From the NCBI GenBank assembly GCA_937996685.1, contig CALKUP010000002.1, positions 23,003 to 87,002 of the forward strand: DNA of 64,000 bases, written 5' to 3'. This document shows, in pieces, positions 39,405 to 48,810 of this stretch; the first letter of the stretch is position 1, and each line of letters starts with the position of its first letter. This DNA is from an uncultured bacterium. GTDB lineage: Bacteria; Patescibacteriota; Patescibacteriia; UBA9570; XYC2-FULL-38-9. The notes beneath the pieces are model-generated. The model saw only the letters and a program-made list of their open reading frames with translations. It was not told the origin of the DNA and did no database searches. The translations under genes were made by a program, and so were the position numbers.

Positions 39405-40778
39405 ATGACAAACGAAGAAACAACTTTCGCTGATCTTGGTGTGCACCCAGCGATTACGGCAATTTTAGACCGTAAAGAAATTACAAAACCGACACCAATT
39501 CAAGCTCAAAGTATCCCAGCGTTATTGCAACGTCAGGATGTGCTCGGAATTGCACAAACCGGAACCGGAAAAACACTCGCGTTTTTATTGCCAGTGTTGC
39601 AATTGATGTTGACACAAGAGCCAGATAAACGAAAACGCTTTGAACAAGTGTTGATTATGGTGCCAACACGTGAGCTTGCGTATCAAGTCAAAGAAACCAT
39701 GATGTGGTTTGAAAAAGAGTTCCGTATTTTTTCAACTGTGATCGTTGGTGGTGAAAGTATCGGCAAGCAAATTAAAGAAGTGAAGCGTGGTGTGCAAGTC
39801 TTAATTGCAACTCCAGGTCGCATGATCGATCATTTGCAGCAAGGAACGATTAAATTACGTAATACAAATACCGTGATTTTGGATGAAGCAGATCGCATGT
39901 TCGATATGGGTTTTGCCCCACAAATCGCTCGTGTGTTTGAATATTTGCCAAGTGCAGAAGAGCGACACACATTGCTGTTTTCAGCGACAATGCCAGATTC
40001 AGTGGTTCGTTTGATTCGTGAGCAAATGAAAGAGCCTGTGCGAATTGAAGTATCTGTTCAAGGTTCAACCAATGCTGATGTATCACAAGAAATTGTTGTA
40101 TTAGACAATGCGCATCGTCAAGACGCGTTATTGGAATTACTCAACGGAACAGATGATGCAGCGTTAGTGTTTTCACGAACGAAGCATCAAGCGAAGAAAT
40201 TGCGCCAATTTTTGAAAGATAAAGGCTTTAAAGCGGAAGAATTACACGGAAATTTGTCTCAAGCGCAACGAAAACGAGCAATTGAGGCTGTTCAAAAGAA
40301 ACGGTCTCGCATCTTGGTTGCGACAGACGTTGCTGGTCGTGGAATCGATATTCCCCACATCGGACTTGTAATTAATTACGAATTGCCTGATAATCCAGAG
40401 GATTACGTGCATCGTATCGGACGGACTGGCCGGGCAGGAAGAACTGGACGCGCCGTCTCATTCGTTCTCACTGATCAACAAGATCTCTTACAACAAGTTC
40501 AACGTTTGATTAACGATCAAATTGCACAAACACATTTGGAAACTGTTCCAACTGCGCAACTGCAACAAGGTCGTGGTCGTTCAGGCGGCGGCGGATATCG
40601 CGGTAACAATCGTGGTAGTCGTCCGTTCCGATCAGGCGCTAGTCGTGCGCGTTCTGGAAGTCGTCCATCATTTTCAAGTGGTGGTAGTCGCTCCGGAGGT
40701 TCACGTTCAGGCGGCGGTCGACGTTCATTTTCATCAGGCGGCGGAAATCGTTCACGAGCTCCACGTCGCGATGCATAA
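39405..40778 (+). CDS. DEAD-box RNA helicase with Gly/Arg/Ser-rich tail
   Basis: Q motif, AQTGTGKT, PTRELA, DEAD, SAT, HRIGRTGR. Confidence 0.96.
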   Translation: MTNEETTFADLGVHPAITAILDRKEITKPTPIQAQSIPALLQRQDVLGIAQTGTGKTLAFLLPVLQLMLTQEPDKRKRFEQVLIMVPTRELAYQVKETMMWFEKEFRIFSTVIVGGESIGKQIKEVKRGVQVLIATPGRMIDHLQQGTIKLRNTNTVILDEADRMFDMGFAPQIARVFEYLPSAEERHTLLFSATMPDSVVRLIREQMKEPVRIEVSVQGSTNADVSQEIVVLDNAHRQDALLELLNGTDDAALVFSRTKHQAKKLRQFLKDKGFKAEELHGNLSQAQRKRAIEAVQKKRSRILVATDVAGRGIDIPHIGLVINYELPDNPEDYVHRIGRTGRAGRTGRAVSFVLTDQQDLLQQVQRLINDQIAQTHLETVPTAQLQQGRGRSGGGGYRGNNRGSRPFRSGASRARSGSRPSFSSGGSRSGGSRSGGGRRSFSSGGGNRSRAPRRDA

Positions 40779-40824
40779 TGCATGAAGTAAGAGAAGGTAT
40801 TTATTAAGTTAGTATTCTATTTTT

Positions 40825-41076
40825 ATGGCAAAAAATCTTTTTGTCGGAGGCATCGCCTTCAGTTCAACAGACGAATCGTTGCAAGCAGCGTTCGAACAAG
40901 CAGGAACAGTGGTTTCAGCGAAAATTATTATGGATCGTGATACAGGTCGCTCCCGCGGGTTCGGTTTTGTTGAAATGGGTTCAGAAGAAGAAGCACAAGC
41001 TGCTATCCAAATGTGGGATGGTCAAGAAATTGACGGCCGCGCTGTTGCAGTCAAAGAAGCTCAACCTCGACAATAG
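40825..41076 (+). CDS. RRM RNA-binding protein
   Basis: LFVGGI (RNP2), RGFGFVEM (RNP1). Confidence 0.95.
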   Translation: MAKNLFVGGIAFSSTDESLQAAFEQAGTVVSAKIIMDRDTGRSRGFGFVEMGSEEEAQAAIQMWDGQEIDGRAVAVKEAQPRQ

Positions 41077-41088
41077 TTTTTCGAAGTC

Positions 41089-41133
41089 AAAAAAACACCG
41101 TATTCTGAGTCTTCCTTCAGATGCGGTGTTTTT
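41089..41133 (+). terminator. Intrinsic terminator
   Basis: AAAAACACCGTAT..CTGA/TCAG.ATGCGGTGTTTTT. Confidence 0.7.
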
Positions 41134-41227
41134 GTTTTGCGTAAATGTGTGCAACAGTATGTTGTTGACTTTTCTTCTGAAATTCTTTATATAGATTGTC
41201 CAACTTGCTTTTCATCTGGAGGACGAG

Positions 41228-41422
41228 ATGGCTCAAGACAAGTGCCCTGTGTGCAAGAAGGTGCACAAAGGCAAGCTGCCGAAGGGTTGTGCAAGAATAA
41301 TCAATGCGGTTCGTCATAGTCGACACCCGCAAGATGAGGAGGGGACCTGCAAATTTCCGGGCCCTAATTCAGGGAGGGGTTCACGCCCGGCGGGCCACTC
41401 AAAGCCCGGTGAGAAAAAGTAA
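41228..41422 (+). CDS. Small basic Cys/His protein, possibly Zn-binding
   Basis: GGAGG SD; CPVC...H...C...C; TTGACT upstream. Confidence 0.5.
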   Translation: MAQDKCPVCKKVHKGKLPKGCARIINAVRHSRHPQDEEGTCKFPGPNSGRGSRPAGHSKPGEKK

Positions 41423-41644
41423 TTTTCGCACAAGCGGGGAGCTGCATAAAGCGTGGTGCGGAGCGGAGTGTGAAACCTGTTCTGTGCCGCGTCGTTTTTT
41501 TATAGTATAGACAGCGATTGTGTATATGTCGCGAATACGGCTTGACGACTGTTCAGGCATCTGGTAAATACGTTGTTTTGTCGCAAGGTGCGGCACTAGC
41601 ATATTCGAGTGACTCGCATTGCCCAATCGGGCGAAGGAGGGAGC

Positions 41645-41782
41645 TTGATCGGTTTCGAGCGCATGGGTCGTTGCTGGAAGACGGGCGTCGCTCAGGCGGA
41701 GGACGCCAAGAAGGCGAAGAAGCCGGAGCCGCGCAAGCCGCGGTACGTCCGGCGCGGAGCTGGTCGCGGGGTGCGGCTGTAG
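41645..41782 (+). CDS. Small basic orphan (MIGFERMGRCWKTG...RGVRL); alternative GTG start at 41609
   Basis: AAGGAGG SD before TTG; GC3-rich codons in this frame; hairpin at 41808-41838. Confidence 0.4.
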   Translation: MIGFERMGRCWKTGVAQAEDAKKAKKPEPRKPRYVRRGAGRGVRL

Positions 41783-41943
41783 TAGCCCGCCAGTAGCTCT
41801 TTTTATGGGGTGGCAGAATTATTCTTTTGCCACGCCCCTTGTCCTGAGTAGAACATCTATGCTGATGTTCAGTTGAGAGCAAGGAAAAAGCTGTGTTCTG
41901 TAATAGTGTCAGCAATAATCTTGTGGTACACTATGTTCTATCT

Positions 41944-42537
41944 ATGAAACAGTTTGCCGAAAAAGATGCGCTCTATATTCGTTCACTAACGCAGTGGCAT
42001 CAATGGTTGCAGAAACATCACACACAAAAAACCGGTGTGTGGGTGCTGCATGACACAAAAGAAGCGCGCACAATGACATACGAGCAAATGCGAGACGAAG
42101 CGTTGTGTTTTGGGTGGATCGATAGCGCTGTTCGTAAATCAACTGCTCCGAATAAGAGCCTGCTGTACATGAGTCCTCGAAAGCCAAAAAGTAATTGGTC
42201 AAAGGTGAATAAGGCAGTGGTTGCGCAGCTGATCAAAGAAAAGCGGATGCAGCCTTCAGGTCTTGCAATGGTGAAACTCGCCAAGCGCACGGGCACATGG
42301 ACAGCGCTTGATGATGTAGAAAAAGGTGTTGTCCCAAAAGATTTAGCAGCGGCATTCACAAAAGCAGGTCCAAAAGCTGCGGCGTATTTTGCGGCATTCC
42401 CACCGAGCATTAAAAGAGGAATACTTGAATGGATTCAGTCAGCAAAAAAAGCTGAAACACGAGCAGACCGCATTACAAAAACAGCAACGCTCGCGGCAAA
42501 AAACCAACGAGCGAATCAATACGAAAAAAAGTTATAG
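41944..42537 (+). CDS. YdeI/OmpD-associated family protein
   Basis: W..WL..HH, EALCFGWIDS, PRKPKSNWSKVN, AKK.ETR..RI. Confidence 0.92.
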   Translation: MKQFAEKDALYIRSLTQWHQWLQKHHTQKTGVWVLHDTKEARTMTYEQMRDEALCFGWIDSAVRKSTAPNKSLLYMSPRKPKSNWSKVNKAVVAQLIKEKRMQPSGLAMVKLAKRTGTWTALDDVEKGVVPKDLAAAFTKAGPKAAAYFAAFPPSIKRGILEWIQSAKKAETRADRITKTATLAAKNQRANQYEKKL

Positions 42538-42963
42538 CTTTTTTGATTCTTTTTGGATTCCAGACATTGCCATATAGAGCAGTAATCCTAGAGGGCCAGA
42601 CATCAGTGTAAAAAATAAGGCGATGCGCAATTTCAATATGCTTTTATTGTGCTTGATAGTATCGAGCCACAAAAATCGACCAACAAACAAATCCCACACA
42701 AGAATATGCAGCCACACCAGCGTGATGCCAAAATCATTACTCAAGAGCGCGATGATGCTGTCTAATTGAGGATTAGAAACCGCCGGGAGAATGTCTCCAA
42801 AGGCTGGAAGAATAAGAACGGTGTAAATCACGGCAAGCGGAATAAATTGCCAATACCCGCGATTGAGCTTGTGTGTTAGATTGCTGTGCGGCGCGATAAT
42901 CATCGTCAGCCAAAAAGGTAAGACAATGATGTTGATGATTTGAAAAATGAGTGTGTAATTCAT
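42532..42963 (-). CDS. ABA4-like (DUF4281) membrane protein
   Basis: LPFWLTMIIAP, WLHILVWDLFVGR, LM.GPLGLLLY. Confidence 0.88.
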   Translation of the reverse strand: MNYTLIFQIINIIVLPFWLTMIIAPHSNLTHKLNRGYWQFIPLAVIYTVLILPAFGDILPAVSNPQLDSIIALLSNDFGITLVWLHILVWDLFVGRFLWLDTIKHNKSILKLRIALFFTLMSGPLGLLLYMAMSGIQKESKKL

Positions 42964-43086
42964 GGTGTGTTTTATCATTTCTATTACTGACATTGTCGCA
43001 CAGGAGAGCGTTGTCTCGCAAGCGCTACTTGCATGATTCGTGTCCTTTCGATAGGGTGAGTGTCCAACTGACATGCGGAGGATGTA

Positions 43087-43374
43087 ATGTCTTGGTTGAA
43101 CAACGCAGGGCTTTTGCGGATTGCGGCGACGCACCCGGCAGCGGTTTCGGCAGCTCTCGGATTTATCCGTGGACTGCAAGAGGCGCGGAAGTTGCCTCCA
43201 ATAGCGGTTAAACAGATCGCTGACAATGCTGATGCTCTCGCTGAACTTGGCCTGCACCCGAGCTATAGCGTCTCGGACTTGCTCCGAGTCGTTCGCTGGC
43301 TTGTGTACATTGCAGATAAGCCGGATTCACTCAGAGATTTCCTGCAAACAATGCGGGCGGACCTGGGTGAATGA
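43087..43374 (+). CDS. Small orphan helical protein
   Basis: GGAGG SD upstream; GC-richer than flanks. Confidence 0.45.
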   Translation: MSWLNNAGLLRIAATHPAAVSAALGFIRGLQEARKLPPIAVKQIADNADALAELGLHPSYSVSDLLRVVRWLVYIADKPDSLRDFLQTMRADLGE

Positions 43375-43415
43375 TTTTCTATTTGAATTGTGATATCTAT
43401 GGTATGCTGTATCAC

Positions 43416-43718
43416 ATGATTACAACATATCTTTTTTACATCATCTTTTTCCTCGGCGGCATTGGTGTTGCAATGCTCCAGAGACGTATTATGCGCAACA
43501 TGAAAATTCGCGCGAAGCAACCACTGAGCGCAGGACACAAAAATATCGATCTCAAAGGTCGAATATTGCGTGGTTCAATTGCACTGGCGTGTGTTGTCTA
43601 CGGCATCTGGTTTGATAGCAACATCGCAATGCTTGGTGCTGGATACGCAGCGTACGAAACTGTCGCAACCTGGTGCGGATTTTATGCGCTGATCGGCCGA
43701 AATACCTGCCCGTTGTAG
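43416..43718 (+). CDS. DUF2892/YgaP-like membrane protein
   Basis: KNID..GRILR; WC.FYAL.G.NTCP. Confidence 0.8.
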   Translation: MITTYLFYIIFFLGGIGVAMLQRRIMRNMKIRAKQPLSAGHKNIDLKGRILRGSIALACVVYGIWFDSNIAMLGAGYAAYETVATWCGFYALIGRNTCPL

Positions 43719-43836
43719 GATTTCTATTTTGCCTGATGTTGTTGACAATATCAGGTTTTTTATAGTATAGTTTCAAGCGAAATACCGCGCTTTGTAAGCG
43801 GTTTTTATATTGTATTTAATTTCTATCCGTATTTTT

Positions 43837-45618
43837 ATGTCCGCTATTCGTAATGTCGCTATTATCGCCCACGTCGACCATGGAAAAACCACTCTTGTCG
43901 ATGCGTTGCTTACACAATCTCAATCACTCAACCACAAAGAATCAGAACATACAGAATTATTGATGGACAGTAATGATCTTGAACGTGAACGCGGAATTAC
44001 GATTTTCAGTAAAAATGCAGCATTGCAATGGAAAGATACAAAGGTCAATATCATTGATACTCCTGGCCATGCGGACTTTGGTGGAGAAGTAGAACGTGTA
44101 TTGTCGATGGCGGACGGAGCGTTGCTCTTGGTTGATGCGCAAGAAGGGCCGATGCCACAAACCCGTTTTGTATTGAAAAAAGCCCTCGCGATGAAACAGC
44201 GGATTATTGTGATTGTGAACAAAGTTGATAAGCCAGATGCAAATCCACAAGAAGCAGTGAATCGCACATTTGATTTGTTTGTTGAGCTTGGAGCGGATGA
44301 CGCGACATTGGATTTCCCAATTGTGTATGCTTCAGCGATTCAAGGAAAAGCCGGACTCGAAGAAGATATCAATTCAATGACAGACATCACTCCAATTTTG
44401 GATGCGATTTTGGAATATATTCCAGAGCCACAAGGTGATCCAGAAGCGCCGTTGCAAGTGCGTATTACATCGATTACTGCTGATCCATTTAAAGGTCGTA
44501 TTAGTACTGGACGTATCCACAATGGAAAAATCACTGCAGCGCAACCATTGATGCATATCGCGCGTGACGGAAAGCAAACACAAGTCAAAGTAACGTCGTT
44601 GATGGCGGCGCAAGGTCTTGGAAAAGTAGATATTACAGAAGCAGTTGCTGGTGACATTGTGTCGATTGCCGGAATTGCTGATGCAGCAATTGGTGATACA
44701 CTCGCAGATGTTGCAAACCCTGTTGCGCTTCCAGTTGTCGCAATTGATGAGCCGACAGTGCGGATGACATTCATGGTCAACACATCTCCATTCGCAGGAA
44801 CAGAAGGGGAATTTTCAACCAGTCGCCAAATTGAACAACGTTTGATGAAAGAGCTTGAAACAGACATGGCGCTGCGTGTTGTTGCTGACGGTTCTGGTCA
44901 ATGGCTTGTGTCTGGTCGTGGTGAATTGCATCTCGCAATTTTGATTGAACGGTTGCGTCGTGAAGGATTTGAATTTCAAGTGAGTAATCCAACAGTTATT
45001 ACAAAAGAAGTTGATGGCAAAACACATGTGCCGTTTGACCGTGTCACCATCGAAACACCAGATGAATTTTCTGGTGCAATTATTCAAAAGCTCGGTTCAC
45101 GTCGTGGACAAATGCAAGAAATGCGTACCGTGAAAGGTATTACATTTGTAGAATATGTAATCCCAACTCGTGGTTTGTTCGGATATCGCAGTCATTTACT
45201 GACAGATACAAAGGGTCTCGGGATTATGAATTCTTCATTCGAAGGCTATTTCTTGGATCCAGGCGATTGGGTTGAACGTGAAACCGGTTCATTGGTTGCG
45301 CATGAGCAAGGTGATACAACATTATATGGTCTTACTCGCTCACAAGATCGTGGTATCTTGTTTGTTGAGCCTGGAATGAAGGTGTATCGTGGTCAAGTTG
45401 TTGGAACCAACGCTCGTCAAGGCGATTTGGTTGTCCATGTCTGTCGTAAAAAAGAATTAACCAACATGCGATCAAGTGGTGATGGCGTTGCCGAAAACTT
45501 CCGTGTTCCAAAAAAGATGGATCTTGAAGCCGCGCTTGAATACATTACGGATGACGAATTGGTAGAAATTACACCGGAAAATATCCGTATTCGAAAGAAA
45601 AATTTGAACGTGAAATAA
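43837..45618 (+). CDS. typA: Translational GTPase TypA/BipA
   Basis: IAHVDHGKTT, DTPGHADFGGEVER, GRGELHL, DELVEITP. Confidence 0.97.
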   Translation: MSAIRNVAIIAHVDHGKTTLVDALLTQSQSLNHKESEHTELLMDSNDLERERGITIFSKNAALQWKDTKVNIIDTPGHADFGGEVERVLSMADGALLLVDAQEGPMPQTRFVLKKALAMKQRIIVIVNKVDKPDANPQEAVNRTFDLFVELGADDATLDFPIVYASAIQGKAGLEEDINSMTDITPILDAILEYIPEPQGDPEAPLQVRITSITADPFKGRISTGRIHNGKITAAQPLMHIARDGKQTQVKVTSLMAAQGLGKVDITEAVAGDIVSIAGIADAAIGDTLADVANPVALPVVAIDEPTVRMTFMVNTSPFAGTEGEFSTSRQIEQRLMKELETDMALRVVADGSGQWLVSGRGELHLAILIERLRREGFEFQVSNPTVITKEVDGKTHVPFDRVTIETPDEFSGAIIQKLGSRRGQMQEMRTVKGITFVEYVIPTRGLFGYRSHLLTDTKGLGIMNSSFEGYFLDPGDWVERETGSLVAHEQGDTTLYGLTRSQDRGILFVEPGMKVYRGQVVGTNARQGDLVVHVCRKKELTNMRSSGDGVAENFRVPKKMDLEAALEYITDDELVEITPENIRIRKKNLNVK

Positions 45619-45660
45619 AGAGTGCTTGCATTCGGCGATGTTTTTTAGTATATATAGATA

Positions 45661-45786
45661 GTCTAACATCGCCTTGTGTATTCACGAGCTGCTGCATGAA
45701 ATGGTCACGCCCTTAATTGCGTGCATGCAACCAGCGATGACCGAATATATCATTACAACCGGCCAAGACGCTGGTTTATTTTTTTT
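45661..45786 (+). promoter_or_regulatory. Riboswitch-like leader with terminator/antiterminator
   Basis: Multi-stem fold; terminator AACCGGC/GCUGGUU plus U-tract; competing AACCAGCG at 45729-45736. Confidence 0.6.
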
Positions 45787-45797
45787 ACAAAAAAATT

Positions 45798-48440
45798 ATG
45801 CATAATGCACACACACAATCGTCAGATGTCATTTTACAAGAATATTCCGTCGATCAACACGTAGGCCTTGATGCTGAGCGCGTTCTCAGTTCCCGAGAAA
45901 CATCTGGGATGAACAAGCTTCCGGAAGGGAAAAAAGTTCGGTGGTATCACCGTTTTGCGAAACAGTTTTTAGATATCTTTGTTGGCATTCTTGTGCTTGC
46001 GGCTGTCGTTGCGTATATTGCAGGCGATTTGAAAGATGCGATTATTATCGCGGTGATTATTTTGTTGAATGCGACGTTTGGTTTTTTGCAAGAACAAAAA
46101 GCAGAGCAAGCAATAGCGGCGTTGCAAGCGTTGTCGCAAGATAATGCGACGGTCTTGCGAGGCGGGGAAGTGCAGCGCGTGCCGGTTGTTGACGTGGTGG
46201 TGGGAGATATTTTATTGCTAGAATCTGGTGATACCATCGCTGCTGACGCTCGCGTAGTACAAGCAACGCAACTTCGTGTTATCGAATCAGCATTGACAGG
46301 TGAGTCACAAGCAGTGAGCAAGCAAGCAGATGCAATTATTGCACTTGATGCGCCGCTCGGAGATCGTTTGAATATGCTCTATAAAGATACGAGTATTGCC
46401 GATGGTCGCGCAACAGCAATTGTTGTGGCAGTTGGGAAGGATACAGAAGTTGGAAAAATTTCAACATTATTGCAACAAACAACAGACAAAAAAACCCCAC
46501 TCGAACAAGAGTTACATCGCATTGGTACATGGCTAACCGGATTTGCAGTTCTGTCTGCCGGTGTGATTTTTGCAAGTCTTGTATTTGGGAGCGGTGGAAG
46601 CATAGAGTCAGCTGCACTTACCGCAATTTCATTGGCAGTGGCGGTTGTGCCAGAAGGTATTCCAGCGGTTGTGACAACTGTTCTCGCGATTTCCGTTGCG
46701 CGTTTGGCAAAGAACAATGCCATTATTCGAAAGATGTCCGCAGTTGAAACATTGGGAGCGGTGTCGGCTATTTTGACTGACAAAACAGGAACGCTGACAA
46801 AAAATGAAATGACGGTTGTTGGGGTAATGACGCCGAAGGATCGTTATCGTTTTGCGGAAGGCGTCGTGACTTCTGCCGCAAATGATTCAGGGAAAGCACG
46901 CGCAGTGACAAGTGAAGTGTTAGATCAATTATTTCTTGGGATGATCTTGTGTAATAATGCGTCGTTGCAAGAAGATGGTCAGCATATTGGCGATCCAACA
47001 GAAACCTGTTTATTAGTTGCGGCGCAACAACATGGCCTTTCATTGGTTGAAAAAAATACACAGTATCCGCGCGTTGCAGAATTGCCATTTAATTCAGATA
47101 CAAAACGCATGATTGTGGCGGTAACAGATCAGGAGACAGGAGACTTATTGTGTTTTGCAAAAGGTGCGCATGAGTCAATTGCGTTGCTCTGTTCGGATGT
47201 GACGAAAGAGCAAGAAGCTTGGATTGAAGAAGAAGCGGCGACTGGTCGTCGAGTGCTTTCGTATGCGATGGCGCGTATTCCAAAAGCAATGCACGCAACA
47301 ACAGAAATTGAAATGCTGCTCACAGATGTGAAATATTCATATCTTGGTGCGACTATTGCTGTTGATCCATTGCGTGACGAAGTTGTCGTCGCAGTTGATG
47401 AGGCGCGTCGTGCAGGGATTCGCAGTGTCATGATTACCGGAGACCATCGTTTGATTGCAACAACAATTGGAAAGCAGTTGGGTATTATTCAAAATGAAAC
47501 GCAAGTACGAGACGGTGCGCAACTGGTTGGCTTGTCTCATGAAGAATTAAAAGATTTACTTGAAACAGTTTCGGTATTTTCGCGTGTGTCGCCAGAGCAA
47601 AAATTACAGATTGTGAAAGCGATGGAAGCTCGTGGAAATATTGTCGCAGTGACTGGCGATGGGGTGAATGATGCGCCGGCGATGAAAACAGCAAACATCG
47701 GTGTTGCAATGGGGATTACTGGGACAGATGTTACAAAGCAAGTTGCTGATATGGTATTGAAAGATGATAATTACGCGACAATTGTTGAGGCAGTGCGACA
47801 AGGGCGTGGCATCTTCCAAAACTTCATCAGTTTCTTGCGTTATCAAATTTCTTGTAATGTGTCCGGTGTGATCACGGTATTCACGATTGTGATTGCGGGT
47901 TTTCCCGCGCCGTTATTGCCAATTCATATTTTGTTGTTGAACCTTGCGTCGGAAACCGGCCCATCGATTGCACTTGGTCTTGAAAAAGCCCCAAATGACA
48001 CAATGAAAAACCCGCCGCGTGTTGCCAATGAGCCGTTGCTATCACGTGCGCGTTTGATTGGGATTGCATGGGAAGCGGTTGTCATGGGTGTTGTTGCCAT
48101 TGCGGTTTATCTGCTCACCGAATCGCGTGGATACGGCATTGCAACAACCGCAACATTGACGACAGCGTTCTTGTCTCGATTGTGGCATGCGTGGAGCAGT
48201 CGTGTGCACGAAGAGTCCGTGTTTTCTCGAAGTCTATTTACTAACAAAACGCTGCTCTGGGTTGTGCTTGTAACGCTTGTTTCGTACGCTGGTATTTTTG
48301 CAATTCCAGCAGTGCGCTCTGTGTTAAAAATGACAGTATTACCAATGGACGTTCTTGCTCTCGCTGTTGGTTTATCATTTGTTTCAATTATCTGTATCGA
48401 AGTCGGGAAGGCAGGACTGCGTGTGGTGTTGAAACGGTAG
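45798..48440 (+). CDS. P-type (P2A-like) cation-transporting ATPase
   Basis: LTGES, VPEG, DKTGTLT, MITGD, TGDGVNDAPA. Confidence 0.95.
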   Translation: MHNAHTQSSDVILQEYSVDQHVGLDAERVLSSRETSGMNKLPEGKKVRWYHRFAKQFLDIFVGILVLAAVVAYIAGDLKDAIIIAVIILLNATFGFLQEQKAEQAIAALQALSQDNATVLRGGEVQRVPVVDVVVGDILLLESGDTIAADARVVQATQLRVIESALTGESQAVSKQADAIIALDAPLGDRLNMLYKDTSIADGRATAIVVAVGKDTEVGKISTLLQQTTDKKTPLEQELHRIGTWLTGFAVLSAGVIFASLVFGSGGSIESAALTAISLAVAVVPEGIPAVVTTVLAISVARLAKNNAIIRKMSAVETLGAVSAILTDKTGTLTKNEMTVVGVMTPKDRYRFAEGVVTSAANDSGKARAVTSEVLDQLFLGMILCNNASLQEDGQHIGDPTETCLLVAAQQHGLSLVEKNTQYPRVAELPFNSDTKRMIVAVTDQETGDLLCFAKGAHESIALLCSDVTKEQEAWIEEEAATGRRVLSYAMARIPKAMHATTEIEMLLTDVKYSYLGATIAVDPLRDEVVVAVDEARRAGIRSVMITGDHRLIATTIGKQLGIIQNETQVRDGAQLVGLSHEELKDLLETVSVFSRVSPEQKLQIVKAMEARGNIVAVTGDGVNDAPAMKTANIGVAMGITGTDVTKQVADMVLKDDNYATIVEAVRQGRGIFQNFISFLRYQISCNVSGVITVFTIVIAGFPAPLLPIHILLLNLASETGPSIALGLEKAPNDTMKNPPRVANEPLLSRARLIGIAWEAVVMGVVAIAVYLLTESRGYGIATTATLTTAFLSRLWHAWSSRVHEESVFSRSLFTNKTLLWVVLVTLVSYAGIFAIPAVRSVLKMTVLPMDVLALAVGLSFVSIICIEVGKAGLRVVLKR

Positions 48441-48600
48441 AGGTATACTATTTTGCAAAATAGACTCGTTTGTTGTAGTCTTTTGATAAGTGGTTTTTAT
48501 CGCAGTCTCTTCAACCACCCGACGCGTTTACACCCGCGCAATAATCGGGAATGAGTTTGCTCCACGGATGGGAATTGTCTAATCAATTTCACTTATATAT

Positions 48601-48771
48601 ATGTCTCATCACAAAGATGACTACGACTATAATGAAATGATGAAGCATTGGAGAAGTTGGGGTTCCTGGTTTTCCTGGGGATCACCAATTGGTTTGAGTC
48701 TTGGCTTTGCTGTGACTCTACTAGCCATCGGCGGCTTTCTCATGATGTTGAATCAAATCAACTTGATATAG
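48601..48771 (+). CDS. 56-aa single-TM microprotein (MSHHKDD...WFSWGSPIGL...)
   Basis: ATG after AT-rich tract; Trp-rich stretch then one TM; own terminator; not in ORF track. Confidence 0.6.
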   Translation: MSHHKDDYDYNEMMKHWRSWGSWFSWGSPIGLSLGFAVTLLAIGGFLMMLNQINLI

Positions 48772-48778
48772 TCTCAAT

Positions 48779-48808
48779 AAAAATCCCGCTGACATGAGCG
48801 GGTTTTTT
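48779..48808. terminator. Bidirectional intrinsic terminator
   Basis: AAAATCCCGCT/AGCGGGTTTTT. Confidence 0.7.
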
Positions 48809-48810
48809 AT

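Noticed and set aside
40570-40778. Repeated TCAGGCGGCGG motifs
   Set aside because: They encode the ordinary Gly/Arg/Ser tail of the DEAD-box helicase.
41518-41915. ORF-track calls 41518-41796 (+) and 41553-41915 (-)
   Set aside because: The frame at 41645-41782 has the SD and codon bias; these look like shadows.
2335-43785. Identical CAAGCGAAATAC near the ABC-F and typA leaders
   Set aside because: Opposite orientation relative to the genes, and 12-mer matches are expected by chance in 64 kb.
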